Assembly: GCA_963810105.1 (NCBI GenBank) | Contig: CAWEMB010000001.1 | Location: 781,112-845,111 of the forward strand | Reading direction: 5' to 3' | DNA from: an uncultured Solirubrobacterales bacterium | GTDB lineage: Bacteria > Actinomycetota > Thermoleophilia > Solirubrobacterales > 70-9 | Length of the DNA stretch: 64,000 nucleotides | Part shown: positions 26,473 to 35,933 of the stretch, piece after piece | Layout of the letters: each line of letters opens with the position of its first letter | Position numbering within the stretch: the stretch's first letter is position 1 | Position numbers and translations under genes: made by a program | Notes under the pieces: generated by a model | What the model was told of the DNA's origin: nothing | The model's database searches: none | Seen by the model: only the letters and a program-made list of their open reading frames with translations

Positions 26473-27378
26473 CTAGAGCAGGTCGTCGAGGGCGTCGGCC
26501 AGCTGCGGATGCTGGAACCGGTAGCCGAGGTCGAGGGCCCGCCGGGGGATCACGCGCTGCCCGCCTCTGAGTACGGCGCCGAACTCGCCGCCGAACATGA
26601 GGTCGAGGGCGAAGCCGGGAACGGGGAGGACCGCCGGCTTGCCCAGGGCTCGGCCGAGCGCCTTCGACAGCTCGCGGTTGGTGACCGGGTTGGGCGCCGT
26701 GGAGTTGACGACGCCGCTCACCTTCTCGTTCTCCAGCGCCCAGAGCAGGATCCCCAGCTCGTCCTCGATGTGGATCCAAGACATGTATTGATCGCCTCCC
26801 GCGAGGGGGCCGCCGACGCCGAGCTTGAACGGCCTCAGCAGCTGTTTCAGCATGCCGCCGCTGGGGTCGAGGACGTGGCCGGTGCGGACGACGACGAGAC
26901 GCACGCCCGTGCTCTCCACTTCGCGCGCCGCGCTCTCCCACTCGCGCACCACCTCGGCGTCGAACCCCTCCCCCGAGGGGGTGGACTCGTCGACGAGCGC
27001 TTCTCCCCGGTCGCCGTAGAAGCCGATCGCCGACTGGTTGACCAGCACCTTCGGCCTGCGCTCCAGGCCGGCGATCGCCTGCACGAGGTTGTGGGTGCCG
27101 GTTCTGCGGCTCTCCATGATCCGACGTTTGGCCTCGTCGGTCCAGCGCTGGTCGATCTTCTCGCCCAGCAGGTTGACGACGCCGTCGACTCCCTCAAAGG
27201 CCTCCGCGGCCGGTCGTTCCAGGGTCGGCTCCCACGCATGCCAGGTGACGCTGGGGTTGGTGCTCCGTGCCCGCTGCGGGTCTCGGGTCAGCCCCACCAC
27301 GGTGTCGCCCCGGACCAGCAGCGAGTCACAGAGAGCGGATCCGATGAAGCCGCTGGCGCCGGTGACGAGGACCTTCAC
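26473..27378 (-). CDS. NAD-dependent epimerase-family protein (TIGR01777/YfcH-like, with DUF1731 C-terminus)
   Basis: VKVLVTGASGFIGSAL is a Rossmann motif. GTG 27378 lies 4 nt downstream of the malic enzyme stop. The ORF-track start 27528 lies inside the upstream gene. Confidence 0.85.
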   Translation of the reverse strand: MKVLVTGASGFIGSALCDSLLVRGDTVVGLTRDPQRARSTNPSVTWHAWEPTLERPAAEAFEGVDGVVNLLGEKIDQRWTDEAKRRIMESRRTGTHNLVQAIAGLERRPKVLVNQSAIGFYGDRGEALVDESTPSGEGFDAEVVREWESAAREVESTGVRLVVVRTGHVLDPSGGMLKQLLRPFKLGVGGPLAGGDQYMSWIHIEDELGILLWALENEKVSGVVNSTAPNPVTNRELSKALGRALGKPAVLPVPGFALDLMFGGEFGAVLRGGQRVIPRRALDLGYRFQHPQLADALDDLL

Positions 27379-27382
27379 GGCT

Positions 27383-28840
27383 TCAAGCGGTCTCCACCGT
27401 GGAGAAGGTCCCGGTTTCCTCGTTGAAGCGGGCAATCCCCTCGCGCTTTGCCTCCTCGACCACCGCCGCCGCGACCTTGGGTGCGACCTCGCGGTTGAAG
27501 ACGCTGGGGATGATGTAGTCCTCGGCAAGGTCCTCGTCGGTGACCACTTCGGCGATCCCCTTGGCGGCCGCCAGCTTCATCTCCTCGGTGATCCGCGGCG
27601 CGCCGGCATCGAGGGCGCCGCGGAAGATCCCAGGGAAGCAGAGGACGTTGTTGATCTGGTTGGGGTAGTCGGAGCGCCCGGTGGCCATGATCCGAACGTG
27701 GGGAGCGGCCTCCTCGGGCATCACCTCGGGGTTCGGGTTCGCCATCGCAAAGACGATCGGGTCGTCGTTCATCCTGCCGAGCGACTCAGCGGAGATCGTC
27801 CCCGGTCCCGAGAGCCCGATGAAGAGGTCCATTCCCTCGATCACGTCGATGGGCTGGCCGCCGAGCTTGTCGGGATTGGAGATCTCCGCGTACCAGCGTT
27901 TGATCCCGCTCATCTCACCCGATTGGTAATCCTCGCGCTCGGTTGAGAGAGCGCCCTGACGGTCGCAGCCGACCACGTGGGTTACACCTGAGGCGAGCAT
28001 CATCTTCGTCACCGCTACCCCGGCTGCGCCAAGGCCAACCACGAGCACCCGCAGCTCCTCGATCGGCTTGCCGACGATCTTCAGCGCGTTGAAGAGCGCC
28101 GCCATGGTGACGACCGCGGTGCCGTGCTGGTCGTCGTGGAAGACGGGGATGTCGATCGACTCCTTGAGCCGATCCTCGATCTCGAAGCAGCGGGGGGCGG
28201 AGATGTCCTCCAGATTGATGCCGCCGAAGGTGGGGGCGATCAGCTCCACGGTGCGCACGATCTCGTCGGGGTCCTGGGTGTCGAGGCAGATCGGGAAGGC
28301 GTCGACCTGGGCGAACTCCTTGAACAGCATGCACTTGCCCTCCATCACGGGCATCGCCGCCTCGGGCCCGATATTGCCCAGGCCCAGCACCGCGCTGCCG
28401 TCGGAGACGACGGCGACGGTGTTCTTCTTGATCGTGTACTCGAAGGCCTTGGCGCGGTCCTGATGGATGTCCTCGCAGACACGGGCAACGCCCGGGGTGT
28501 AGGCCATCGAGAGGTCGTCGCGCGTCTTCAGCGGGTACTTGTTCTCGATCGAGATCTTGCCGCCCCGATGCATCTGCATCGTGCGGTCGACGTAGTCGAG
28601 GACCTTGGCACCCCGCGTCGAGCCGATCCCGCGCAGGATCCGCTCCCAGTGTTCGCGGTCCTGGGCGTCGATCGTGAACTCGCGCACCCGCTTGCCTTCG
28701 CTGCCCGCTCCCGGCACCAGGTCGACGCCCTGCAGCTGCCCGCCGGCCTCGGCGATCACAGCGGTGAGTTTCCCCAGCGGCTCCTGCCGGGCGTCGAGCT
28801 CGACCCGGATCGTGACGCTGTATTGGGCACTGACCGCCAT
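27383..28840 (-). CDS. NAD(P)-dependent malic enzyme with N-terminal ACT-like domain
   Basis: ...LSMAYTPGVARVC...GPEAAMPVMEGK...GLGAAGVA... is typical of the short prokaryotic malic enzyme. It is preceded by an ACT-like segment of about 75 aa. Confidence 0.9.
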   Translation of the reverse strand: MAVSAQYSVTIRVELDARQEPLGKLTAVIAEAGGQLQGVDLVPGAGSEGKRVREFTIDAQDREHWERILRGIGSTRGAKVLDYVDRTMQMHRGGKISIENKYPLKTRDDLSMAYTPGVARVCEDIHQDRAKAFEYTIKKNTVAVVSDGSAVLGLGNIGPEAAMPVMEGKCMLFKEFAQVDAFPICLDTQDPDEIVRTVELIAPTFGGINLEDISAPRCFEIEDRLKESIDIPVFHDDQHGTAVVTMAALFNALKIVGKPIEELRVLVVGLGAAGVAVTKMMLASGVTHVVGCDRQGALSTEREDYQSGEMSGIKRWYAEISNPDKLGGQPIDVIEGMDLFIGLSGPGTISAESLGRMNDDPIVFAMANPNPEVMPEEAAPHVRIMATGRSDYPNQINNVLCFPGIFRGALDAGAPRITEEMKLAAAKGIAEVVTDEDLAEDYIIPSVFNREVAPKVAAAVVEEAKREGIARFNEETGTFSTVETA

Positions 28841-28884
28841 GGGCGGCTATCGAATCAGATTCGGCGCCTATGCCTGCTCGCGCC

Positions 28885-28890
28885 TATGAT
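28885..28890 (+). promoter_or_regulatory. candidate -10 hexamer (TATGAT) for the leaderless methyltransferase-family membrane protein gene
   Basis: TATGAT is followed by an 8-nt spacer and then ATG 28899. Confidence 0.35.
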
Positions 28891-28898
28891 CGCCTGCG

Positions 28899-29510
28899 AT
28901 GGCGGCGGCGGCACTGGCCCTATACGGCGTCTACTTCGCGCTCAGCTTCGGGGTGCGGATCGCCCTCCAGCTGCGACGTACGGGCTCGACGGGAGTGCGC
29001 GGCCTCGCCCGAGGCGCCGGTCCGCTCGAGTGGCTTGCCGGCGCCCTCTTCATCGCCGCCCTGGCGATGGGCGTCGCGGCGCCTGTGCTGGCGCTGCTCG
29101 ATGTCCTCGAGCCGATCCCCGCCCTTGACGGAGTTGTTGGCCACGTGATCGGCATCGGCCTCGCGGTGGCGGGGATCGCTCTCACTTTCGGCGCTCAGCT
29201 GGCGATGGGGGATGCCTGGCGGATCGGCGTCGACTCCGAGGAGCGGACAGAGCTGGTCACCGGCGGCCCGTTCGGGCTGGTCCGCAATCCGATCTACAGC
29301 GCGATGCTGCCGACCGTTCTCGGCCTTGCCCTGATGGTCCCGAGCGTGCTCGCGCTCGCCGGCTTCGTCGTTCTCGTCCTCGGGTTGGAGCTGCAGGTGA
29401 GGGTTGTCGAGGAGCCCTACCTGCTGCGAGCTCACGGCAACGCGTACGCCGACTACGCCACTCACGTCGGACGCTTCGTTCCCGGCGTCGGACGCTCGCA
29501 CGGTGTTTGA
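28899..29510 (+). CDS. isoprenylcysteine carboxyl / phospholipid methyltransferase-family membrane protein
   Basis: The 203-aa product has several TM segments and LVTGGPFGLVRNPIYSA, a motif typical of the ICMT/PEMT family. Confidence 0.75.
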   Translation: MAAAALALYGVYFALSFGVRIALQLRRTGSTGVRGLARGAGPLEWLAGALFIAALAMGVAAPVLALLDVLEPIPALDGVVGHVIGIGLAVAGIALTFGAQLAMGDAWRIGVDSEERTELVTGGPFGLVRNPIYSAMLPTVLGLALMVPSVLALAGFVVLVLGLELQVRVVEEPYLLRAHGNAYADYATHVGRFVPGVGRSHGV

Positions 29511-29539
29511 GGCGGGCAGAGCCGGAAGGGGGCGCGGCG

Positions 29540-29878
29540 ATGGCCTTCGATGAAGCCCTCGCGGCGCGCGTGCGCGAGCTGCTCGCACCGCGGGCGGAGT
29601 TGAGCGAGCGCAAGATGTTCGGCGGCATCGCCTTCATGATCGGCGGCCACATGGCGGTCGGCGTGATCGACGACGAGCTGATGGTGCGGCTCGACCCCGC
29701 CGACGCGGAGCAGGCGCTCGGCGAGCCGCACACCCGGCCGATGGATTTCACCGGCCGGCCGATGAAGGGAATGATCTTCGTCGACTCCGATGGGACCGCC
29801 GCCGACGAGCAGCTCTCCAGCTGGGTCGAAGCGGGCGCCTCCTTTGCCGCCTCGCTGCCGCCAAAGCCAAAGCCCTGA
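29540..29878 (+). CDS. TfoX N-terminal domain protein
   Basis: MAFDEALAARVRELL...SERKMFGGIAFMIGGHMAVGV is TfoX/Sxy-N-like. The start is placed at ATG 29540. Confidence 0.7.
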   Translation: MAFDEALAARVRELLAPRAELSERKMFGGIAFMIGGHMAVGVIDDELMVRLDPADAEQALGEPHTRPMDFTGRPMKGMIFVDSDGTAADEQLSSWVEAGASFAASLPPKPKP

Positions 29879-29913
29879 ACGGCACGACGGCGAGAAAGCG
29901 CCCGGCGGCGTCT

Positions 29914-29919
29914 TAGAGT
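29914..29919 (+). promoter_or_regulatory. candidate -10 hexamer (TAGAGT) for leaderless polA
   Basis: TAGAGT is followed by an 8-nt spacer and then ATG 29928. Confidence 0.4.
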
Positions 29920-29927
29920 GGGCATCG

Positions 29928-32561
29928 ATGACCTCCGCGAAGACGGACAAGCCCGAGCTGTTCCTGATCGACGGCAACAGCCTTGCCTACAGGGCCTTCT
30001 TTGCCCTGCCGGAGTCGATAGCCACCTCCGACGGCCGGCCGACGAACGCGATCTACGGCCTCGCTTCGATGCTGGCGAAAATCGTCACCGAGCACCGGCC
30101 GGCTGGGGTCGTCACGGCCTGGGACGCGGGGATGTCGGGCAGGGAGGTCACCTACGACCTCTACAAGGCGCAGCGCCCCCCGAGACCGGACCTGCTGCGT
30201 GAGCAGTGGCCCCACCTGATGCCCCTGGTCGAAGCCTTCGGCTACACGAACGTCAAGATCAAGGGCTACGAGGCCGACGACGTGATCGGCACGCTTGCCC
30301 ACCGCGCGCGCGAGCAGGGGATCCCGGTGATGATCGTCTCCGGAGACCGCGACGTCTACCAGCTGGTGGGCGAGGGGATCCGGGTCATGACCACCTCGCG
30401 CGGGGTCACCGACACCAAAATCTATGACCGCGAGGGCGTGATCGAGCGCTACGGGGTGCCGCCCGAGCTGGTCACCGACCTGATCGGGCTGAAAGGCGAT
30501 ACCTCCGACAACATCCCGGGGATCCCGGGGATCGGCGAGAAGACCGCCGCCCAGCTGCTGCAGGAGTTCGGTTCCCTAGAGGCGGTGCTCTCCAACGTCG
30601 ACATGGTCTCCGGCGCGAAACGCAAGCAGAACCTGATCGAGCATGCCGAGGACGCCCGCCTCTCCAAACAGCTGGCGACGCTCCTCTGCGACATCGACAT
30701 CGGCATCGACCTCGGCGAGGCCATGGAGGCGGAACCCGATCGGGGGGCGCTGCGCGAGTTCATGCGCGAGTTCGAGCTGCGCGCCGTGATGGAGCGCCTT
30801 GAAGCCGAGCTTCCCGAGGACGACGCGGTGCCGGGCCACAGCGTTGCCACGGAGGTCAGCTTCGAGGTCGTGGAGGGGACCCCGGCGGATCTCGGCCAGG
30901 GGCCGCTGGCCCTTGCCCTGGAAGGTGACGAATGGGCGGCGGCCGAAGGGTCAAAGGTGCTCACCGGCACGGCGGCCGCGGAGGATCTGGCCAAGGCGGC
31001 GGCAGGACGCCCCCTCGTCGCCCACGACGCCAAGTCTCTGGGAGGAGGCCGCCACGGCCTGCTTGCCGCCGCCGAGGCCGCGGGAGTGGAGCTCGAGCTG
31101 GCGCACGACACGATGCTGGCCGCCTACCTGCTGGAGCCGCAGCGCCGCGACTATGCCCTGGCCGAGCTGCTGGCCGACGCCGGCATCGGCATCGCCGGCG
31201 CCGATGCCAAGGACAAGGAGACCGACGATGGGCAGCTCAGCCTGGAGGACGCCCAGGAGCCCGATGCCAACCTTGCCGAGGAGGCGCGCTTGGTCGCGGC
31301 CCTGGCGGAGGCCCAGCGCCCGCGGCTCGCCAAAGCCGAGCTGGAGTCCCTGTTGGGCGACGTCGAGCTGCCGCTCGTGCACGTCCTTGCGGCGATGGAG
31401 CACGTGGGACTGAAGCTCGACGCGGAGCGCCTGGCCGAGGTCGGGGCCGGCTTTGGCAAGCAGATCGCGGAGCTGGAGAAGGAGATATTCAAGCTGGCCG
31501 ACGGCGAGTTCACGATCGGCTCGCCGCAGCAGGTCGGCCAGATCCTCTTCGAGAAGCTGGGCCTGACTCGCAAGCGCCGCGGCAAAACCGGCTTCTCGAC
31601 CGACGCGCGGGTTCTGGCCCAGATTCGCGACGAGCATCCGATCGTCGAGAAAATCGAGACATGGCGTGAGCTGAGCAAGCTCAAGAGCACCTACCTCGAC
31701 ACCCTGCCGGAGCTGATCGACCCCGAGACCGGCCGCGTCCACACGACCTTCAATCAGGCGGCCACGACCACCGGCCGTCTCTCCAGCACCAATCCCAACC
31801 TTCAAAACATCCCCATCCGCACTGAGATCGGCCGGCCGGTTCGCGCCTGCTTCGTGGCCGAGAAGGGCCAGCGCCTGCTCTCGGCCGACTACAGCCAGGT
31901 CGAGCTGCGGGTCCTCGCGCACATCGCCGAGGAGGAGGTGCTGAAGGAGATCTTCCGCGCCGGCGACGACGTCCATGCCGCGACCGCGGCCGAGGTCTTC
32001 GAGATCTCACGCGAGGACGTCGATGTCGGCCAGCGCTCGAAGGCGAAGATGGTCAACTTCGGCATCGTCTACGGGCTGACGGGGTTCGGCCTCGCCGACC
32101 GGCTCAACATCCCGCGCAAAGAGGCGGAGGAATTCGTCGCTCGCTACCTGGAGCGCTTCCCCGCCGTGCGAGCGTTCCGCGAGCAGGTCATCGAGCGTGC
32201 CCAGGAGGAGGGCTATGTGTCGACCCTGATGGGCCGCCGCCGGCCGATCCCGGAGCTGCGTTCCGGCAATCCGAATACCCGCCGCCTCGGGGAGCGGCTC
32301 GCCGTCAACACGGTGATCCAGGGCACCGCGGCCGACATCATCAAGGTGGCGATGGTCAACTGCCATCGCGCCGTGCGAACGGCGGGGATGAAGACGCGGC
32401 TCGTGCTTCAGATCCACGACGAGCTGCTGTTCGAGGGCCCACCGGCGGAGATGGAGCAGGCGACCGAGCTGGTGGGGCGCGAGATGTGCGCCGCCTATCC
32501 ACTCGAGCCGCCGCTCGAGGTCGACATCGGCGTCGGCAAAGACTGGCTCGATACGAAGTAG
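29928..32561 (+). CDS. polA: DNA polymerase I
   Basis: A 5'-nuclease domain (LFLIDGNSLAYRAFFALP) is followed by a polymerase domain (DYSQVELRVLAH, QIHDELLFE). I moved the start from 29790 to ATG 29928. Confidence 0.95.
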   Translation: MTSAKTDKPELFLIDGNSLAYRAFFALPESIATSDGRPTNAIYGLASMLAKIVTEHRPAGVVTAWDAGMSGREVTYDLYKAQRPPRPDLLREQWPHLMPLVEAFGYTNVKIKGYEADDVIGTLAHRAREQGIPVMIVSGDRDVYQLVGEGIRVMTTSRGVTDTKIYDREGVIERYGVPPELVTDLIGLKGDTSDNIPGIPGIGEKTAAQLLQEFGSLEAVLSNVDMVSGAKRKQNLIEHAEDARLSKQLATLLCDIDIGIDLGEAMEAEPDRGALREFMREFELRAVMERLEAELPEDDAVPGHSVATEVSFEVVEGTPADLGQGPLALALEGDEWAAAEGSKVLTGTAAAEDLAKAAAGRPLVAHDAKSLGGGRHGLLAAAEAAGVELELAHDTMLAAYLLEPQRRDYALAELLADAGIGIAGADAKDKETDDGQLSLEDAQEPDANLAEEARLVAALAEAQRPRLAKAELESLLGDVELPLVHVLAAMEHVGLKLDAERLAEVGAGFGKQIAELEKEIFKLADGEFTIGSPQQVGQILFEKLGLTRKRRGKTGFSTDARVLAQIRDEHPIVEKIETWRELSKLKSTYLDTLPELIDPETGRVHTTFNQAATTTGRLSSTNPNLQNIPIRTEIGRPVRACFVAEKGQRLLSADYSQVELRVLAHIAEEEVLKEIFRAGDDVHAATAAEVFEISREDVDVGQRSKAKMVNFGIVYGLTGFGLADRLNIPRKEAEEFVARYLERFPAVRAFREQVIERAQEEGYVSTLMGRRRPIPELRSGNPNTRRLGERLAVNTVIQGTAADIIKVAMVNCHRAVRTAGMKTRLVLQIHDELLFEGPPAEMEQATELVGREMCAAYPLEPPLEVDIGVGKDWLDTK

Positions 32562-32747
32562 GTTTTCGGCCCCGGCTGGCCGGAGACCGGTAGGCGCTCG
32601 GCTACGAACCCGAGCCGGAGCTGCTCGGTCGTCCTCTCGGGGTTACTGATATGACAGCAAGGCGGTTCACCCGGCCTTCGACGGCGGCGGTTTACCGCAT
32701 CCGATCGATATTTATGGAACACGCCCGCCCGTTGAAAATCACGCTCT

Positions 32748-33200
32748 GTGCCGGTCGCGGCCATGGATAGAGGCCTCGCCGTTCTCCTCACCGCCGTCGC
32801 CGGGGGATTGATCGCCCTGCAGGCGCCGATCAACGCCCATCTGGGCAAGGCGACCGGCAGCCTTGCCGCAGCCTTGGTCTCCTTTGTCATCGGCACGATC
32901 GCGCTGGCGGCGATCGTCGTCTTCAGTGGCCAGGCGGCCGGCCTCGGCTCGACCTTCGACGTCAGTTGGTACTACCTGATCGGCGGGCTCCTCGGGGCGA
33001 TCTACGTAACCAATGCGCTGATCGCGGTGGCGGCGATCGGGGCAGGGGGCGTTGCGGCGGCGACGATCACGGGCCAGCTCGTGGCCTCGGTCGCGATCGA
33101 CCGGCTCGGCTTATTCGGCCTCGACGAGGTCCCTCTCGACCCGCAGCGGCTGGTCGGCGTCGGGCTTCTGCTGGTCGGCACCCTGCTCATCGTCCGTTGA
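32748..33200 (+). CDS. DMT-superfamily membrane protein, DUF606/YdcZ-like
   Basis: The 150-aa product has five hydrophobic segments and is YdcZ-like (LIALQAPINAHLG). The start is GTG 32748 or ATG 32763. Confidence 0.7.
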   Translation: MPVAAMDRGLAVLLTAVAGGLIALQAPINAHLGKATGSLAAALVSFVIGTIALAAIVVFSGQAAGLGSTFDVSWYYLIGGLLGAIYVTNALIAVAAIGAGGVAAATITGQLVASVAIDRLGLFGLDEVPLDPQRLVGVGLLLVGTLLIVR

Positions 33201-34331
33201 AAGAGCGAACTCGGGCGAGGCGATCCGCAGGTAATGGTCGAAGGACCAGTCGATGAAGCGCTTGGCGCCGAAGAGCCGAATCATCGGCCCCAGCAAACGC
33301 GGCGGGACCCTGGGAATCCAGCGCTGCACACGAAGCATCCAGCGGAACTTCCACTCATGGGAGTCGTTGAACTCCGCGTAGCGGGCAGCCGCTTCCTCGC
33401 GACCCTGCCGTCCCGCGACCACCCCTCTCAGCTCCCGGCCCAGCGCCACTCCGAAGTAGAGGGCGGTCCTGATGCCCTCGGCGGTGAGCGGCAGGCAGTG
33501 GCCGGCGGAGTCGCCGGCGAAGAAGACGCCGCCCTCGGTGGCGCGGCGCAGCTTGTGGGGGATCCAGTTGCCCTGGTAGCGAACCCTGTCTTGGCCCAGA
33601 TCCTCGGCCAGCAGCTCTGTGGTCTCGCGAACGTGAAAGCGGGGGTCGAAGGAGCCGACGCCGATGCGCAGCTCGTCGCCGGCGGGGAAGGACCAGCCGT
33701 ATCCGGCGGGCACGTAGCGGCGATCGATCCAGACCTCGAGGTCGTCGCCCTGGCCGTCGGGGTGGACCTCCAGCCCCCGTGAGAGCGGCGCATCGGGGGG
33801 CTGGTAGCCATCGCCGTTCGCCAGCATGCGCCGCCAGCCGAGCGCGTCGACGACGAGCGGGGCGGCGAGCACTCCGCGGTCGGTGTCGACGGCGATCGTG
33901 CCGTCGCCGTTTGCCGGCCGCGCCCGTCCGTTGACCTTCGCGGTCTCGAAGACGGCGTCGCAATCGCGCCAGAGCAGCTGGCAGAGCTCCCGGTAGTCGA
34001 AGGTCGAGAAGGTCCAGGGCAGCTGGTAGCGAGAGCTGCCATGGGGGGTGTGCATCAGCAGCGAGTCGAAGCGCTGGCGCTCCGCGTCCATCAGGTCCAT
34101 GGCGCGCAGCCAGTCGGTCGGGATGCCGCAGGCGGAGGTCTGCCGCTCGCCGATCTCGTAGCGGTCGACGATCATCACCTTGGCGCCCGAGCCGGCCAGC
34201 TCGCGGGCAATTGCGAGCCCGGCGAAGCTGGCGCCGCAGATCAGCACGTCGTAGGTCCCGTCCAGCGGAGTTCGCTCGTCGCCGCGTTTCGTTGCGCGTA
34301 CCGGCATTCGGTCGCAGCGTACCGACCGCAT
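33111..34331 (-). CDS. FAD-dependent oxidoreductase, geranylgeranyl reductase family
   Basis: YDVLICGASFAGLAIARELAGSGAKVMIVDR is an FAD-binding fold. An alternative start is ATG 34307. The 3' end overlaps the convergent gene by 90 nt. Confidence 0.8.
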   Translation of the reverse strand: MRSVRCDRMPVRATKRGDERTPLDGTYDVLICGASFAGLAIARELAGSGAKVMIVDRYEIGERQTSACGIPTDWLRAMDLMDAERQRFDSLLMHTPHGSSRYQLPWTFSTFDYRELCQLLWRDCDAVFETAKVNGRARPANGDGTIAVDTDRGVLAAPLVVDALGWRRMLANGDGYQPPDAPLSRGLEVHPDGQGDDLEVWIDRRYVPAGYGWSFPAGDELRIGVGSFDPRFHVRETTELLAEDLGQDRVRYQGNWIPHKLRRATEGGVFFAGDSAGHCLPLTAEGIRTALYFGVALGRELRGVVAGRQGREEAAARYAEFNDSHEWKFRWMLRVQRWIPRVPPRLLGPMIRLFGAKRFIDWSFDHYLRIASPEFALSTDDEQGADQQKPDADQPLRVERDLVEAE

Positions 34332-34379
34332 GATGAAGCGGAGGAGGTGGCCGGAATCTTTCTGCCATTATTCGCCGCC

Positions 34380-35918
34380 GTGTCAACGACCGACACATTG
34401 ACCGCCCCTGCGCCGACCGGCACGCCTGTTGACGGCTCGAATGGCCTTCTCGTAGAGATCGAAGGCAAGATCGTGCCTAATTACGCGGCGACGATGGTCT
34501 CCTTCGAGGAGGGCGACGTCGTCAACGGCAAGGTCGTGCGCATCGACAAAGACGAGGTCCTGGTCGACATCGGCTACAAGTCGGAGGGCGTCATCCCCTC
34601 GACCGAGCTCTCGATTCGCAAGTCCGTCAATCCGGATGAAGAGGTCGAGCTGGGCGAGGAGATCGATGCCCTCGTCCTCACCAAAGAGGATGCCGAGGGC
34701 CGGCTGATCCTCTCCAAGAAGCGAGCCCGCTTCGAGAAGGCGTGGCGACGCATCGAGGCGGCGGCGGAGTCGGGCGAACCGGTGGAAGGCAGCGTGATCG
34801 AGGTCGTCAAGGGCGGCCTCATCCTCGACCTCGGAGTGCGCGGCTTCCTGCCCGCTTCGCTGGTCGACATCCGCCGCGTCCACAACCTCGACGAGTTCAT
34901 GAGCGAGACTCTCGAATGCAAAGTGATCGAGCTCAACCGCAGCCGCAACAACGTCGTCCTATCGCGACGGGCGGTGCTCGAGGAAGAGCGCAAGGAGGTC
35001 CGTGAGCAGATCCTCGGCCGCCTCGCCCCGGGCCAGGTCGTCGAGGGGAAGATCTCCAACATCGTCGACTTCGGCGCCTTCGTCGACCTCGACGGGATCG
35101 ACGGCCTGATCCATATCTCCGAGCTTTCCTGGAGCCACGTCAACCATCCCTCCGAGGTGGTTGCGATCGGCGACACCGTGCGGATCAAAGTGCTCGACAT
35201 CGACCGCGACCGCCAGCGCATCTCCCTCGGCCTCAAGCAGACGCAGGAGGACCCGTGGCAGCGGGTCGTCAGCACCCACCGCCCCGGCGACGTGCTCGAG
35301 GGAGAGGTGACCAAGGTCGTCGCCTTCGGCGCCTTCGTCGAGATCCTCCCCGGCGTCGAGGGCCTGGTTCACATTTCCGAGCTTGCCGACCACCACGTCG
35401 AGAACCCCAGCGAGGTGGTTGAGCCGGGAACGACTCTCAACGTCAAGATCCTCGAGATCGACGAGGAGCGCCGCCGCCTCTCGCTCAGCATCAAGCGGGT
35501 CGAGGGCCAGAACATGCCGATGGGGGACCTTGGCGAGCAGATTGCCGAGGCTGAGGGCTCAGACGACTCGGCTGCGGGTCCTGTCGAGGAGTCGGAGCCC
35601 TCGTCCTCGCAAGCTGCGGGCGAGGACCCCGACTCCACGCCACCCGCAGAGGAGGCGCCCGAGACGACTGAGGCTCCGACCGCAGAGGGGGCGGCTGAGT
35701 CGAGTGAGGCTCCTGTCGCTGAGTCAAGCGAGGAGGCTCCTGCCGCAGAGGAGGAGACCGAGTCGGAAGAGGCTCCTGCCGCAGCGGAGGAGTCTGAGCC
35801 GGCGGAGGGCGAGAACGGCTCGGAGTCCCAGGAGGGCGAATCGGTGATCGAGCGCCCCGACGCTCCGGACGACGCCGCGGGCGACGACGAGCAGGCGGGC
35901 GACGCCGGGCAGGACTGA
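34380..35918 (+). CDS. rpsA: 30S ribosomal protein S1 with a long acidic C-terminal tail
   Basis: Four S1 repeats are present (GDVVNGKVVRIDKDEVLVDIGYKSEG..., etc.). The ORF-track start 34041 is antisense to the upstream gene, so GTG 34380 is preferred, with TTG 34398 possible. Confidence 0.9.
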   Translation: MSTTDTLTAPAPTGTPVDGSNGLLVEIEGKIVPNYAATMVSFEEGDVVNGKVVRIDKDEVLVDIGYKSEGVIPSTELSIRKSVNPDEEVELGEEIDALVLTKEDAEGRLILSKKRARFEKAWRRIEAAAESGEPVEGSVIEVVKGGLILDLGVRGFLPASLVDIRRVHNLDEFMSETLECKVIELNRSRNNVVLSRRAVLEEERKEVREQILGRLAPGQVVEGKISNIVDFGAFVDLDGIDGLIHISELSWSHVNHPSEVVAIGDTVRIKVLDIDRDRQRISLGLKQTQEDPWQRVVSTHRPGDVLEGEVTKVVAFGAFVEILPGVEGLVHISELADHHVENPSEVVEPGTTLNVKILEIDEERRRLSLSIKRVEGQNMPMGDLGEQIAEAEGSDDSAAGPVEESEPSSSQAAGEDPDSTPPAEEAPETTEAPTAEGAAESSEAPVAESSEEAPAAEEETESEEAPAAAEESEPAEGENGSESQEGESVIERPDAPDDAAGDDEQAGDAGQD

Positions 35919-35933
35919 CCGGCGGCCGGTTCA

